The position numbers were made by a program, and so were the translations under genes. A DNA stretch of 64,000 nt from Roseibacillus sp. (GTDB taxonomy: Bacteria; Verrucomicrobiota; Verrucomicrobiia; Verrucomicrobiales; Akkermansiaceae). Each line of letters opens with the position of its first letter. Positions within the stretch are counted from its first letter, which is position 1. The stretch spans positions 256,001 through 320,000 of the forward strand of contig CBDEUM010000029.1 in NCBI GenBank assembly GCA_965242925.1, read 5' to 3'. The notes beneath the pieces are model-generated. The model was not told where the DNA came from and ran no database searches. It saw nothing but the letters and a program-made list of their open reading frames with translations. Below, piece by piece: positions 49,700 through 58,984 of this stretch.

Positions 49700-51952
49700 A
49701 TGAATAGCAGCACTCCTTTGCAAAGGATCAGATCCACCGGCCTCCTCGTCACCCTCGCGGGCAGCCTCTGCCTGGGTGCCTCCCCCCGCGCCGCCTCCGA
49801 CACTCTGATCGACATCGTCGATGGCGTAGTCATCCCCGGACCCCAGCGCACCGCCCCTGGTAGCGAGCACTTCCTCGCCTGGGATGGTGACGTGAATACG
49901 AGGACCTTCTCTACCAACTCCGGGACTCAGACCGCACCCCAGCGCACCCTGCTCGACCTGGAACCAGGTGGGCACCTCCTGTCGCGCATTCGTATCAACG
50001 ATGTCGCCGGCAACGACAACAACGGACGCATGCAGCAAATCACCGTCCGGTTGACCACAGACATCGACGCCGACCTGAGCACCCGCACCTATACCGATGT
50101 CACAAACTTGATGGTCCTCTCCCTGCCCGACGACGCCCCCACCGCTCCCAATGTCAATGTCACCGGCGCCACCGTCGAACACCTCGACACTCTCCACGAC
50201 GGTTTCTACTCCCTCACCTTCGACCCGGTCCCCGACGTAACCGGCATCGAGTTCGAGTGGGCGAACGAAGGTTCCTTCAAGCACTGGACCATCCGCGAGA
50301 TCGAAGCCTACGCCGCTTCCACTGAGGATCCGGATCTTCTGGTCGCTTCAGTAGTCAACCTCGAGCTCCCGGGCGCCGACACGATCCTGATCCGGCTCCG
50401 CAATGGGGGACAGAGCCAGAATCTCAACATTTCCAACGTCGAGATCACCGGGGGCGCCCAGCAGGGCTCCTTCTCCAACGTCCAGTTCCCCGGTCAGTTG
50501 ACGCCTGGTGGGGTCGGCACGGTCGAGGTTGATTTTGATCCTGGAAACACTCTCGGCGACTTCGAGGGGATCCTTACCATTTCCAGCGACGATCCATCCG
50601 ATCCCGAGAAAACCGTCACCATCAACGTGACCCGGCCCGAACCGCCTATCCCCACAGGTGACACCCTTATCGATATTGTTGACGGCCTGGTCGACCCGGG
50701 CCCGGGCCGCACCTCGAATAACCCCCCGGAAAACGCCTACGACGGTGACGTCAGTACCCACACCTTCATGACCGAGTCCGGTACCCAGACCGCGCCCCAG
50801 CACACTTACCTGGATCTCGAGGATGGGCTTCACGACCTCTCGCGCATCCGTATCAACGACGTGGCCGGCAACGACAACAACGGCCGCATGCTCCGCATCA
50901 CCATTCGAGTCACCACTGACACCGACCCTGACCTCGCATCCCGAACCTATCACGACGTCACCAATTTGGCCGTGCAGCAATTCGATGGAGACGCTGACCC
51001 TCCGCCCAACGTCATCGTCACCGGGAACTCCATTGAGCACCTCGACACCGCCCACGACGGATTCTATTCCGTTACCTTCGATCCCGTTCCCAATGCCACC
51101 GGAATCGAGTTCGAATGGGAGAACGACGGCCCCTTCAAACACTGGACCATCCGTGAGATCGAGCCCTATTCCGGCGCGCCTGCCGGCGTCAGGATCACCG
51201 ACATTTCCTACAATGCCTTTGCGGACAGCATCAGCATCAGCTGGGAGAGCAAGGACGGCAATCTCTACAATCTCCGGAGCGAGACTGATCTCTCGAATTC
51301 CCCCACCGCCGATTGGCCCATCGTGGGGGCCAACCAGGATATCGCCGCCACGCCACCCGAGAATACCATCACCTTCGCCCGCCCCGGCGATCTCACGCGC
51401 TTCTATGTCGTCGAGTGTTTCCCCGCTCCCCCAGTGGCCGTCTTCTCGGAGAACTTCGACGACGCCGCGGCTCTGCCGCCCGGCTGGACCACCGGCATCA
51501 ACCCCACTGACACCGGATCGACCGCTTGGGAGTTCGGGACCCCCTCCGGCGTGGGCCCGGGTGCCGCCAACAGCCCTCCGAACTGCGCCGCTACCAACCT
51601 GGGCGGCGCCTACGGAGCGGACAGCGACATCTATCTGCGCACGCCGGCGATCGATCTGACCTCCGCCAGCGGAGCCACTCTGAACTTCGCCCAGTGGGTG
51701 GATATCGAAGCCAGGTTCGACTCCGGACAAATTCGCCTCCTCGATGTCGATGCTGCTGAAGCCGAGATCGCAGTGCTCGATATGACCATCGACGGAGAAG
51801 ATCCGGCCGACTGGGATTCTTACAGCAAGAAGCTCCCCACCCCTGCTCTCGGCAAGAATGTTCGCTTCGAATTTCGCCTTAATACCGACGACTTCGATCC
51901 CGACCCCTTCGCGGGATGGTACCTGGACAACGTCATCGTCACCGTCCCGTGA
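49700..51952 (+). CDS. Secreted modular protein: two copies of the unrecognised domain, an ASH/choice-of-anchor-D-like Ig domain and a MAM/adhesin-like C-terminal domain
   Basis: Signal peptide, AAGAGGA RBS; two DTLIDIVDG..KHWTIREIE.Y units; LTISSDDP; FSENFD..GWYLDNV. Confidence 0.85.
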   Translation: MNSSTPLQRIRSTGLLVTLAGSLCLGASPRAASDTLIDIVDGVVIPGPQRTAPGSEHFLAWDGDVNTRTFSTNSGTQTAPQRTLLDLEPGGHLLSRIRINDVAGNDNNGRMQQITVRLTTDIDADLSTRTYTDVTNLMVLSLPDDAPTAPNVNVTGATVEHLDTLHDGFYSLTFDPVPDVTGIEFEWANEGSFKHWTIREIEAYAASTEDPDLLVASVVNLELPGADTILIRLRNGGQSQNLNISNVEITGGAQQGSFSNVQFPGQLTPGGVGTVEVDFDPGNTLGDFEGILTISSDDPSDPEKTVTINVTRPEPPIPTGDTLIDIVDGLVDPGPGRTSNNPPENAYDGDVSTHTFMTESGTQTAPQHTYLDLEDGLHDLSRIRINDVAGNDNNGRMLRITIRVTTDTDPDLASRTYHDVTNLAVQQFDGDADPPPNVIVTGNSIEHLDTAHDGFYSVTFDPVPNATGIEFEWENDGPFKHWTIREIEPYSGAPAGVRITDISYNAFADSISISWESKDGNLYNLRSETDLSNSPTADWPIVGANQDIAATPPENTITFARPGDLTRFYVVECFPAPPVAVFSENFDDAAALPPGWTTGINPTDTGSTAWEFGTPSGVGPGAANSPPNCAATNLGGAYGADSDIYLRTPAIDLTSASGATLNFAQWVDIEARFDSGQIRLLDVDAAEAEIAVLDMTIDGEDPADWDSYSKKLPTPALGKNVRFEFRLNTDDFDPDPFAGWYLDNVIVTVP

Positions 51953-52113
51953 ACACGAGGAACTGCGGGACAACGAGCGGGTGCCTCTGCTCAGGGGCGC
52001 CCGCAATCATCCGGATTGCCCTCCTCCTCTCTCTGTCACAGTCTTCCCCCGAACATTCGTTCTCCGCGTCCCGCGGAAATCGTTCGCGCACTTTCTAAAA
52101 CCTTGATCCTGCC

Positions 52114-55100
52114 ATGACCCGAACTGCTCTTCCTCTAACAACCGCGGTGTTCCTTTCGCTCTGCCCTTCCCCAGCGTGGGCTACCGACGGCAATCGCCTC
52201 GTGCACCTCGATGAACCGAACAATCCGTGGCAGTTCCACCGCGAGTCGGCCAAGCTCATCACGCCACAGTGGATCGGCGAAAAGGGTGTGCACGGGGTGG
52301 CCGTGCTCGCCATCGACGACATGTCGGGCGACGGTCTGCACTTCCGCAACTATCTGAGTCCGATCATCGATCGGCTCAAGCTCATCGACGGTCGCGGTCC
52401 GGTCAGCATCACCTGCAATCGTCCGGATCCCACTCATCCCAACATGCAGTGGCTGCTCGGCCAGGGCGTCTCGCTGGAGACCCACACCCTGAGTCATCCC
52501 TGTCCGCTCCTGCATCACCTCGACTTCGCACGGGCCGCCACCGACTACCACCGCTGCGTCGACCTCCTGGCCGCCATCCCCAACAACCGCTCGGTGGGAT
52601 TCCGGTTCCCCTGCATGGACGGCCAGAACACGCCGAGCCCTCGCGCCTACGCGGAGATCCTCAACGGCGTGAGCGAAATGGGGAATTTCATGTCGTCAAG
52701 CACCAGCGTGGGCATCGTCTTCACTCCGACGGACCCGGAACTGCCGCGCTCGATCTTCGAGGGCGACCCCGCCGGCGGGAGGCGCTTCTCCAAGTACCTG
52801 ATGACGGGCTTCGTCAACTACATCGAAGATTACCCGTATCCCTTCACGGTCGGAAACCTGATCTGGGAAGTTCCCTTTGTCTACCCCAACGACTACACCG
52901 GCCAGGCCCTGAACGGAGCCCAGAACCCGGTCATGATTGCCGATTTCAAGGCGGCGGTGGATGCCACGGTCGCGAAGCAAGGCGCGGTTTCGCTTTGCTT
53001 CCACGCCGGCGGATGGATGCGCAATGACCAGATGGTCGAAATCGTTGATTACGCCGACCGGACTCACGGCAAGAAGGTGAAGTTCCTCACCATGCGGGAG
53101 ATGGACGAACGCATGGTCGAGAACATGCTGGCTGGCCATTCCCTCCGCAACGCGAAGGGCGGTGACAATGGCGTGCGCATCTTTGATATCGACGGCAACG
53201 GCTACATGGATGTCGTCATCGGCAACGACAGGACCAGGCTGAGCCGCATCTGGAATCCGGAGAAGGAATCCTGGCAGGAGTCCCCCTTCCCGACTCTCGT
53301 CACTCCCGCCCTACGCTTCGGGATCCTCGACAAAAGCGGAAGGGCCGCTGCGATCGAAACAGACGGGCGCGGCGTAAACCGTGCCTGGCGCTTCGACGGC
53401 AAGGCCTGGGTGGCCGACCAGTCACTGGTGGCGGGACTGGCCGGGGTGACCACACACCGCAAGGGCGCCGACGGGGGCGTGCGCCTGCGCGATGTCGATG
53501 GCGACGGAATCTGTGAATTGATCGTCGGGACGCCCACACAGTCCGCGGTTTATCGCCTCGGGAAGAAAGGCTGGCAGAAGCTTCCCTTCGGACTCCCGGA
53601 GGGATCCTCGCTTGTAACCCAGTCCGGAGGCGACGCGGGACTCCGCTTTGCGGATATCGATGACGATGGGCAGCAGGATATCATCTTTTCGAACGCCGAG
53701 CGCTACGGGACCTGGATGCTCGAGTCGCTCAAGAGCGGCTGGTCACGGAAGGGCCTCCATGGCAAGCGCCAGGGCGACGGAGTGGGAGAACAACACACCC
53801 GCGTGCGCACGGCCCTGGCTCCCATCGTGCGCAAGGACGGCACCAACAACGGCGCGTGGATCAAGCGCGGACATCTCTACTGGCAGAGCGAAGATACGGG
53901 CGCGATCATGCCGCACCACATCGACCAGCGCAGCTTTGGCGACCTGTTGGGCGACCAGGTGAACCAACCCCGGACTGCGAACTCGTCCTTGCGCGCGATG
54001 CAGGCACGTTCCGGCTTCCGGGTGGAATTAGTGGCAGCCGAACCGCTCGTCATGGATCCGGTCGACGTGGCGTGGGGCCCGGACGGTCGTCTGTGGGTGG
54101 CCGAGATGGCTGATTATCCAATGGGCCTCGATCACAAGGGCCAGCCCGGGGGCCGAATTGTCGCTCTTACCGATACCGACGGAGATGGGCGCTACGACAA
54201 GCGCACTCTCTTCGCGGACGGTCTCGAGACCGCCAACACCGTGCTTCCCTGGCGCGATGGTGTCCTGGCGATCGCACCGCCCAACATTTGGTTGCTGCGC
54301 GACACCACTGGCGATGGCAAATCGAATCTCAGGGTGCTTCTTTACGAAGGATTTGGCCGGGGAAACGAGCAGCATCGAGGGAATGGATTGGTCTGGGGAC
54401 TCGATGGCTGGCTCTACGTCTCCAACGGGGACAGCGGCGGGACGATTCGATCCATCAAGACCGGTAAAAGACTCAATCTCGGTGGATTCGATCTGCGCAT
54501 CCGGCCGGACACCGGTGAGTTTGAACCCGCTACTGGAGTCACCCAGCACGGCCGCAACCGCGACGACTGGGGAAACTGGGTGGGAGGAAACAATTCGAAC
54601 GGCTGGCAAATCGCACTGGAAGACCACGAAGTCCGCCGCAACCCGAAGGTCGATCAACCAAATTCCCGCCATCCAATAAACGGGGTGATCCCCCTCTATC
54701 CCATCAGCCGCGTGCTCAGTCACTACAGCGGGTATCGAGCCCCGCCGGCGGGATCCTCAGGCAGCCTCACTTCAGCCTGTGGATATACCTTCTATCGCGA
54801 CAGTTTGTTCGACGGTCACATCGCTCCCTCGGTCTACTTCTCCTGTCCCGTGCACAACTGCGTGCATCGGGAGGAGATCACCTGGAACGGAGTCCTTATG
54901 GAAACCGAGCGCGCGAGCGACGAGGCACGGAGCGAGTTTCTCCGCAGTTCCGATTCCTGGTTCCGTCCCACCGCCATTCGCACCGGACCGGACGGCGCGA
55001 TGTACGTGGCCGATATGTACCGGCTTGTTATCGAGCACCCGGAGTGGATCGACGACAAACTCGAGCAGGAAATGATTGCCGACGGACGCCTGCGTGCCGG

Positions 55101-57825
55101 ACACGACCGGGGACGGATCTACAAGATCTTTCCGAGCGGGGCGAAGCTCCACAAGCGGGCAAACCTTGCCTCGCTCAACCCGGCTGAGCTCGGTGCCGCG
55201 CTGGACTCCTCGAACGGCTGGCAGCGTGACACCGCCCACATGATGTTGACCTGGGTCCAAGAGTCCGAGCAGAAGAAGGCAATTCCGGGGCTCGTCAGTG
55301 TGCTGCGAAGCAAGCATGCGGCCGCCCGGGCCCAGGCCTTGAGCGCGCTCGCAGATCTTGGCGCGCTTTCCGCGGATGCGCTGAAGATCGGTCTCGACGA
55401 TTCACACCCCGGCGTGCGGCGCAATGCGCTGCGCGTAGGCGCTCACCTCTTCAACGACCATCCGACCCTGGGTCAGCGCGCGGTTGCCCTGCTCAACGAC
55501 GAAGATGCCCACGTGCAACAGCAGGCTGCCTATGCGTTGGGCGCCTGGACGCACAAGGAGGCTGGGAGGGCCCTTGGACGTTTCCTCGTGAAGAACGCCG
55601 GTCGTCCCTACCTCCGTGCCGCGGCCCTCACCTCGGCGGGGGCACTCCCGCATGAGGTCCTGCTCGCCGTTCTCGGGTCTGAGCGGACGCCGGTGACCTC
55701 CGCCCTCAGCGCGGAGCTGATGGGGATGCTCGGAGCCGACGCCAAAAAACTCGTGCCGCCCGTGCTGACGCGCATCGCGAGCAAACCGGACAACGGCAAA
55801 CACTACCAAGCGTGGGAGTTTCATGCCGCGACGCGCCTCATGGAAGCCATGGGCGACGACGAAGCTGCTCGCGCGCTCGTGCCCGCCATGCTGGTTAAAG
55901 CGCGCGCTACGGTGATAGATGGGAAGAGGGACTTGGAGACCCGCCTCTCCGCGGTTCCGTTCCTGGAACGGGCTTCCCCCAACGCTGATGTCCGTCTGCT
56001 CACCTCTCTTCTGAAGCTGACGACGCCGATCGAATTGCAGGTCGCGGCGGTCAAGTCGCTCCTGCGGCATGAGAATACCGGCGCGGCAAAGAATCTCTTG
56101 GCCGGTTGGTCCGCACACGGGCCGGCGGTCCGCGGCGCCATTATCGATGCTCTCCTGGCCCGGCCGGTGCTCACCGGCACGCTCCTGGATGCGATTGACG
56201 GAAACCGCGAATTGGGAGTTTCCCTCGACACCAGCCGTCGACAGTTGCTCCTCCGGCACTCCAACGAGTCCATCCGTGTGCGAGCCACCAAGCTGCTCGG
56301 CGGCGCCACCAATGCGAACCGCGCGGCCGTGCTCAATAAGTACACTCCGGTGCTGACCAAGGCTGGAGACCGCGAGAAGGGCCGGGCGCTCTTTGGAACG
56401 CACTGTGCACTCTGTCACCGGCTCAACGGCGTCGGCAAAGTGGTCGGTCCGAACCTGGCTGCGCTGAGCAATCGCGCGCCGCTCACGTTCCTCACCGCCA
56501 TCCTGGATCCCAACCAGGCCATCGAGGCGACCTGGATGCTCTTTGTCGCCAAGACCAAGGACGGGCGCACTCTCGCCGGGGCGGTGGCGGAGGAAACGAG
56601 TTCCGCCGTCACGCTCGTGGGTGTCGACGGAGCCCGCACCCAAATCCCGCGGGACCAGCTTGTGTCGCTGGAGTCCACCGGCCGCTCGCTCATGCCGGAG
56701 GGACTCGAAGGAGCAATCACACTCGAGCAAATGGCCGACCTGCTCGCCTACCTCAAGATGGCGGGGAGGCCGATGTCCCAGGTAGAGGTCAAGGGCAATA
56801 CTCTCGAACACCTCGACGCCAAGCACGACGGCTTCTACTCGATCTTGTTCGATCCCGTGGCCGGAGCGACGGGAATCGAGTTGGAATGGGCCAACGAGGG
56901 CCCCCACAAGCACTGGACGATTCGCGAGATCGAAGCCTACGCCAACTTCGAGACGAAGGTCGATATCGTGGCTGGCACCGTTGTTCCGGGACCGACGCGG
57001 ACCGGGGCCAACGGGCTGGAGAAGGCCTTCGACGGCAAGGTCGAAACCCGGACCTACACCACTGCATCCTACACGAATGTCGTACCCCAGCGGACGCTTC
57101 TCAAGCTCGCGCCGGGTGCCCACGTGCTCGACCGCATCCGCATCAACCATGTGGGGGGCAACGACAGGAACGGGCGGCTCCAGCAGATCACCGTCCGCGT
57201 CACCACCGATGCCAATCCCGATCTGGCCGCCCGCAAGTATGCCAATGTCGCCAACCTCTCGGTTCAGATCTTTGGTGAAGCGGGGGCCGAAGAAGCGGCG
57301 AAGCCCGAGGAGAAGCCGAAGCCCAAAGGAAAACCGAAACCCTTCGGTGGCAAGCCGCACAAGATCCCGGGGTTGATCGAGGCCGAGCATTATGACGAGG
57401 GGCCGCCCACGGTCGCCTACCGGGACAACGACGCGAATAACCAGGGCGCGCCCTATCGCAAGAACACACAGGTCGATATCGAGAAACGTGACGACGCCTC
57501 CAACGGACACGGGATCGGCTGGACCGGGGCAGGGGAGTGGCTGAACTACACCGTCGAGGTCGCTGCGACCGGAACCTACGCGATCGAGATGCCCGTCGCC
57601 TCCAGCAAGCAGGGGGGGCTCTTCCACCTTGAGATTGAAGGGAAGGACCTCACCGGCCCCATCCGCATCCCCGACACCGGGGGATGGACCACCCTCAAGA
57701 CGATCTCGCACAAGGGCGTGGAACTGAAGAAGGGCGTGCACGTCATCCGGGTCGTGATGGACAAGAACGGTGCCAACGGCGGGATCGGAGACATCGACTA
57801 CTTCAAGTTCAAGGCCGTGAAGTAG
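52114..57825 (+). CDS. 1903-aa PVC-type fusion: deacetylase-like + FG-GAP + beta-propeller dehydrogenase + HEAT + cytochrome c + permuted unrecognised domain + CBM6-like
   Basis: AIDD/HTLSH/FRFP; DIDGNG and DVDGDG; ELVAAEP..DPVD..WGPDGRLWVAEM; CALCH..GPNL..SLMPEG; IEAEHYD..IGW...GEWLNYTV. Confidence 0.88.
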   Translation: MTRTALPLTTAVFLSLCPSPAWATDGNRLVHLDEPNNPWQFHRESAKLITPQWIGEKGVHGVAVLAIDDMSGDGLHFRNYLSPIIDRLKLIDGRGPVSITCNRPDPTHPNMQWLLGQGVSLETHTLSHPCPLLHHLDFARAATDYHRCVDLLAAIPNNRSVGFRFPCMDGQNTPSPRAYAEILNGVSEMGNFMSSSTSVGIVFTPTDPELPRSIFEGDPAGGRRFSKYLMTGFVNYIEDYPYPFTVGNLIWEVPFVYPNDYTGQALNGAQNPVMIADFKAAVDATVAKQGAVSLCFHAGGWMRNDQMVEIVDYADRTHGKKVKFLTMREMDERMVENMLAGHSLRNAKGGDNGVRIFDIDGNGYMDVVIGNDRTRLSRIWNPEKESWQESPFPTLVTPALRFGILDKSGRAAAIETDGRGVNRAWRFDGKAWVADQSLVAGLAGVTTHRKGADGGVRLRDVDGDGICELIVGTPTQSAVYRLGKKGWQKLPFGLPEGSSLVTQSGGDAGLRFADIDDDGQQDIIFSNAERYGTWMLESLKSGWSRKGLHGKRQGDGVGEQHTRVRTALAPIVRKDGTNNGAWIKRGHLYWQSEDTGAIMPHHIDQRSFGDLLGDQVNQPRTANSSLRAMQARSGFRVELVAAEPLVMDPVDVAWGPDGRLWVAEMADYPMGLDHKGQPGGRIVALTDTDGDGRYDKRTLFADGLETANTVLPWRDGVLAIAPPNIWLLRDTTGDGKSNLRVLLYEGFGRGNEQHRGNGLVWGLDGWLYVSNGDSGGTIRSIKTGKRLNLGGFDLRIRPDTGEFEPATGVTQHGRNRDDWGNWVGGNNSNGWQIALEDHEVRRNPKVDQPNSRHPINGVIPLYPISRVLSHYSGYRAPPAGSSGSLTSACGYTFYRDSLFDGHIAPSVYFSCPVHNCVHREEITWNGVLMETERASDEARSEFLRSSDSWFRPTAIRTGPDGAMYVADMYRLVIEHPEWIDDKLEQEMIADGRLRAGHDRGRIYKIFPSGAKLHKRANLASLNPAELGAALDSSNGWQRDTAHMMLTWVQESEQKKAIPGLVSVLRSKHAAARAQALSALADLGALSADALKIGLDDSHPGVRRNALRVGAHLFNDHPTLGQRAVALLNDEDAHVQQQAAYALGAWTHKEAGRALGRFLVKNAGRPYLRAAALTSAGALPHEVLLAVLGSERTPVTSALSAELMGMLGADAKKLVPPVLTRIASKPDNGKHYQAWEFHAATRLMEAMGDDEAARALVPAMLVKARATVIDGKRDLETRLSAVPFLERASPNADVRLLTSLLKLTTPIELQVAAVKSLLRHENTGAAKNLLAGWSAHGPAVRGAIIDALLARPVLTGTLLDAIDGNRELGVSLDTSRRQLLLRHSNESIRVRATKLLGGATNANRAAVLNKYTPVLTKAGDREKGRALFGTHCALCHRLNGVGKVVGPNLAALSNRAPLTFLTAILDPNQAIEATWMLFVAKTKDGRTLAGAVAEETSSAVTLVGVDGARTQIPRDQLVSLESTGRSLMPEGLEGAITLEQMADLLAYLKMAGRPMSQVEVKGNTLEHLDAKHDGFYSILFDPVAGATGIELEWANEGPHKHWTIREIEAYANFETKVDIVAGTVVPGPTRTGANGLEKAFDGKVETRTYTTASYTNVVPQRTLLKLAPGAHVLDRIRINHVGGNDRNGRLQQITVRVTTDANPDLAARKYANVANLSVQIFGEAGAEEAAKPEEKPKPKGKPKPFGGKPHKIPGLIEAEHYDEGPPTVAYRDNDANNQGAPYRKNTQVDIEKRDDASNGHGIGWTGAGEWLNYTVEVAATGTYAIEMPVASSKQGGLFHLEIEGKDLTGPIRIPDTGGWTTLKTISHKGVELKKGVHVIRVVMDKNGANGGIGDIDYFKFKAVK

Positions 57826-57927
57826 CGCCCCTGCCGCAGGACCATGCCCCGCCGCTTCTTCCGGTTCATCGCACGGCAGATCCCTGCACCTTAGCGGCGT
57901 GCACCGTGCCCTGGTTCCTGCACTGGG

Positions 57928-58365
57928 ATGCGGGGCTCCATCGGTTCAGGCAATGCTTGGGGCAGCACTTTCGATTCCAGGCACCTGATCGCATGTGGTA
58001 GAGTTGCGGAATGGAACCGCCTCCTCAGCTTCTTGAGCAGTGAGTCCGTGCCCACTACCAACCAGATGGCGATTATCAGCATGGTTGCGGGTGGCACTGG
58101 TGCTGTTGGCGTCCTCGGTGTTGTGGCCCTCTTCTGGACAGGGAGCAGGCTATGCCTCATATGCGTAGTGCTAGTGCTACTAGCATCTCTATGTGCGATC
58201 GTATGCGGGCATATCGCACGTCGACAGATTCGAAAGGCAGATGGACGGGAAAAGGGGAAAGGAATCGCCCTGGCGGGATTGATCTGTGGCTATTTATGGG
58301 TTTTGGCTCCGCTAGCGCTCGCTCTCTGGATTCTCCTGGTCCTCATAGGGATGAGCCAGTGGTGA
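57928..58365 (+). CDS. DUF4190-like small membrane protein
   Basis: TNQMAIISMV.G..AIVCGHIARRQIRK..GKGIALAGLICGY; true start probably downstream; visibly AT-richer codons. Confidence 0.75.
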   Translation: MRGSIGSGNAWGSTFDSRHLIACGRVAEWNRLLSFLSSESVPTTNQMAIISMVAGGTGAVGVLGVVALFWTGSRLCLICVVLVLLASLCAIVCGHIARRQIRKADGREKGKGIALAGLICGYLWVLAPLALALWILLVLIGMSQW

Positions 58366-58603
58366 AATCCACAGACACTTCCGACCCCGGGACGTCATCC
58401 CGCGACTATTTCCTGCGGTTCCTGTAATTCATCATCCGGTCCGTCGTGCCCACCAGGCCCTCCGGCGGAAGGGCACACAGGATTCCGGATCTCACCGAAA
58501 CCGGTTCGGGTGTGGGGCGAGCGGGGAGTGAGTCAGACGCTCACTCTCTGGGAATTAATCCACTCTCCCGCATCGCGAATGCGAGAAACTCATTGATAAT
58601 CAA

Positions 58604-58680
58604 TGGCGCGCCCGAGAGGAGTCGAACCCCTAACCTCCTGATCCGTAATCAGGCGCTCTATCCAATTGAGCTACGGGCGC
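58604..58680 (-). tRNA. tRNA-Arg(ACG)
   Basis: GCGCCCGTAGCTCAATTGGATAGAGC-CCTGA-TTACGGA-TCAGG..GGTTCGACTCC..GGGCGCGCCA. Confidence 0.97.
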
Positions 58681-58984
58681 GCATGCCGAGAACGGCGGGG
58701 CGGAAGGTAGGGAATTGAGGGGCGGTGTCAAGCGGGGTTGCCAGGGCGGAGAGGTCGCCGGTGGGGAGCGGGGATCCGGAAGAAGCTGCCGTATTCCGCC
58801 CCTGCACCCACCCTGACCATTTCCGACATTTCCCTTGATTTTCAGGGGTCGATCCCTAGGTTCACCACCCGTTTGGGCCTGAGGCTGGGGCGGTTGCGGC
58901 GATGGATGGAGCCCCGTTGTCGTCGCGGAAGAGGGGCAATTGTCGGAAGGCAAGCAAACCAACAACCAACCTTAACTACAGAAA

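Noticed and set aside
43843..58848. 14-bp inverted match CCCCTGAAAATCAA (43843-56 and 58835-48)
   Set aside because: Matches of this length are expected by chance in 64 kb; no recombinase or target duplication
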